Shown: one piece after another, positions 61,532 to 64,000 of the stretch
Layout: every line of letters starts with the position of its first letter
Numbering within the stretch: position 1 is the stretch's first letter
Source: Yuukianura sp. NJ FZ-2021
Taxonomy: Eukaryota
NCBI GenBank assembly: GCA_046563655.1
Contig: CM102288.1
Span: forward strand, 496,001 to 560,000
DNA: 64,000 bases
Direction: 5' to 3'
The notes under the pieces: model-generated
Database searches by the model: none
Seen by the model: the letters and a program-made list of their open reading frames with translations, nothing else
What the model was told of the DNA's origin: nothing
Translations under genes and position numbers: made by a program

Positions 61532-63255
61532 TTAAGGGAAAGAGTTAACGTCGTCGAAGCTTTTCTGAGCTGTTGTTGAAGTTGTTGTGTCATCTGAGGT
61601 CATTGACCTTTGACCTTCTGCGAAGTCATGGACACTAGCAGTGGTGGACAAGTAGGAGGTAGATGGTGGGGGGCAGTCAAGGTCAAATTGGACACTGGGC
61701 ACCCCAATGCTGTCAATCGAAGAGAGGTCAGAGGTCATCGACCCAGTTTCTTCTCCGTTTGGTTCCAAATCTACAAATTGTCTCCGGAAGTCACTCTCCT
61801 GCCAATTTCAAACATGAAAAAAGATGCCAAAGTTCAAAATTTCAAAATTCGAAAATTTAAAACTAACCCTGTTTCTGTTTCCGGTGGTGGGAAATGGTTC
61901 ATAGGCAATGTCCGTAAAATAGTTTCCGTCTGAAATGTCGCTGTCTGAAGAATCCTCCCAGCAAGAATACGTAACTTTTTGTTTGCAAATGGGACAAACA
62001 CGGCGTATTTTGAGTAACCAAAAGTCGATACAGTTTGTGTGAAATCCTAAAAACCCAAAAATTGAAGTTTTAAAAAAAATTTGGCTTTCTTTTATTTGTT
62101 TTAAAAAGTTACTTTACCGTGATTACAAGGCAGTATTTTCAAAAGTTCAGCATCCCCGTACTCTTCCATACAAATTACACAAGTTTCAAATTTTTCAACC
62201 AAATCGTCCTTCCATTCAACAATTGCTAAAGAAGATACTGCCCGTGTTAGCAGCGTTTTGCGCCTGTCACGTCGATGTCGCTCCACCCATTGTTGAAATC
62301 CACATTCATAAATCTGCAAAATCAAAATTTTGAAATAAAATTTTTGACTTTTTAGTATTTGCAAACATTGTCTTACAGGCTTTGCAATACATAACACGAA
62401 AAGTAAGAAAAAGAAGGCTAGAACGGTCCACAGGAAGTAGAAAACGACATCTTTGTAAGTTGGTGGATTAGTGTTGATTCTAGCAAAATATCTACACAAA
62501 ACAAATAATTTTGAAAAAAAAAATATTTTTGAAAAAATTGTTTTATTTTATGAAAATCACCTTTTGCTGTCGTTTTGAGTAAAAATGTGTTTCAACTCGC
62601 GTCCATCGTAATCTCCAACGAAGAATGAAGGAACGACGATTTTGATTGGTCGTCCGGCTTGTTCTTCCGTGAGGCCAATGACCTCTGTGTCATTTGACCC
62701 CACGTTAAAAATCACTAGTGCTGAGTAGCCAGCAGCATCAGCATGCTCAATTTTAGTTTTGTAAGGACAGTCCAACTTGGAAGCCAATAAAATCCAGGGT
62801 CTTTGACCTTTGACCTCTCCACTACTGACAAGGTCAAGGTCAAACATTTTGCGAAAATTCGCTGGAAATCCGGGCGGTGGGTCAACGTCTTTGCAAGCGT
62901 TGATTGGATTTGACAACTGGACGAGTCCCTGCAAAAATTAATTTGATTAAACTTTAGAGGTCAGAGGTCAACGTTTAACTTTGAAACTCTTTTAACCCTA
63001 CTTTAGCCTATTTTCAATCTAATGTTTTACCTCAATTTCGGTAGGAATTTGTGTAGTAAATTCAACTACTGATGGTTGGTCAATTATGGAGGTCACAAGA
63101 GTGTCATTGTCCAGTGAGTCAAAAATTGAAATTGTTCCTTGTGGTGGGATCATGTAAAAATAGGCGTCTAAAAATCCTGTGACACTTGGGTCAAAGGTCA
63201 CCGCGGTCACAAAAGCAAAAAACAAGGATTTGACCTCTGCTGCTGATGATGACAT
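61532..63255 (-). CDS. PA-TM-RING E3 ligase (RNF13/RNF167/godzilla-like)
   Basis: PA domain (GLVQLSNPINAC...CPYKTKIEHADAAGYSALVIFN...VPSFFVG), TM helix, RING-H2 CVICMEEY...LPCNH-FHTNCIDFWL...CPICK. Confidence 0.87.
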
Positions 63256-63692
63256 TCTGAATATTTTGACTCAAAGATATCTAATCAAGCTTCTCACAAA
63301 ACTATTTCTTTAATAATTTCGAAAATTCTGCACGGGATTGAGCAAAACCAAAATTTTGAATTCAAAAACAGAACAACATTCTATGTCGAAAAAATTCATT
63401 TGAGGAATGAGTCACACTCTTCAAAAAAAAACACAATAGGAGTTCATATTTAGAAAAGATTAAGGAAGGAATCAAAGGTCAAGTTCAACAAAAGCATGAA
63501 AATGTGAAACACTTTTTCAGAAAAAAAAAGTTCAACAAAAATGTTTTCCCCAAAAAGTTTGATTCAAAAAATACAAATGGAAAAATTCTCTTGAAAAATC
63601 TGAAAAACTTTGATTTTTTAATATTTAGATTTTTGAACAAAGGTGTAGAGTAAACATAAAGCAGTTTTTAGTCACTTTGGGTGAATTCGTGA

Positions 63693-64000
63693 TTATTTTT
63701 TCTTGGATTGACCTTGACCTTGCCCCATGGGGGTGGTCATGCTCTTGACAAAGTCTTTTCTCTGTTGTTCCAAAAGAAGTTCCAAATGATTAATTCTAAT
63801 TTGACTCTTTTCTAATTGCTTTCCCAGTTCAATCAAAGTTTCTTCTTTTCTTGCTAGTGTCTGTTTGACCCGTTGACCAATTCGTTCCATCTCGGCTTCT
63901 TTGTCTGTTCTAAATTTTTCAAAATTCCTTTGACTCTGTTCTAATTCTAACTTGTTCTTGGCTTTCAATTCAACCACGGCGGCTTTCACTCCTGCGCAGT
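63693..64000 (-). CDS. C-terminus of CEP131/AZI1 (dilatory)-like centriolar satellite protein, partial
   Basis: EMERIGQRVKQTLARKEETL...RINHLELLLEQQRK resembles the conserved CEP131 C-terminal coiled coil; runs off the window. Confidence 0.75.
   Translation of the reverse strand, partial: CAGVKAAVVELKAKNKLELEQSQRNFEKFRTDKEAEMERIGQRVKQTLARKEETLIELGKQLEKSQIRINHLELLLEQQRKDFVKSMTTPMGQGQGQSKKK

Overview
This is eukaryotic DNA from a very compact, AT-rich invertebrate genome, most likely an arthropod (inferred from pelle-, spenito-, maf-S- and salvador-like genes and short GT-AG introns of about 50-90 bp). It holds about 26 mostly spliced genes. In order: tandem SDR/retinol-dehydrogenase paralogs, an MCRIP/FAM195-like gene, Pelle/IRAK, LanC-like, DHHC palmitoyltransferase, sperm-type voltage-gated Na+/H+ exchanger SLC9C, MAGE/NSE3, TTC27, RBM15/spenito, mRpL49, Tctex1-domain protein, an orphan 2-TM protein, a K2P channel, a stand-alone AMOP protein, DZIP1, a 57-aa PMP3 proteolipid missed by the ORF track, ERGIC3, RhoGDI, ATG12, small Maf, a secreted Cys-domain/Val-Pro-repeat protein, RBX1, Salvador, an RNF13-like PA-RING ligase and the 3' end of CEP131. 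Three non-autonomous DNA elements are visible: one MITE with an 8-bp TSD in a bidirectional promoter, and a nested pair. The most striking unexplained signal is a dense overlay of nuclear-receptor half-sites (AGGTCA as perfect IR1/EcRE palindromes and DR1 arrays) that runs through introns and protein-coding exons. Also notable are RFX X-boxes upstream of ciliary genes, an SLC9C whose cyclic-nucleotide pocket lacks the conserved Arg, and an intronless PMP3 gene that is an HGT candidate. Gene identities come from recognising motifs by eye, not from database searches. CDS coordinates are hand-spliced gene spans, and some terminal exons are approximate.
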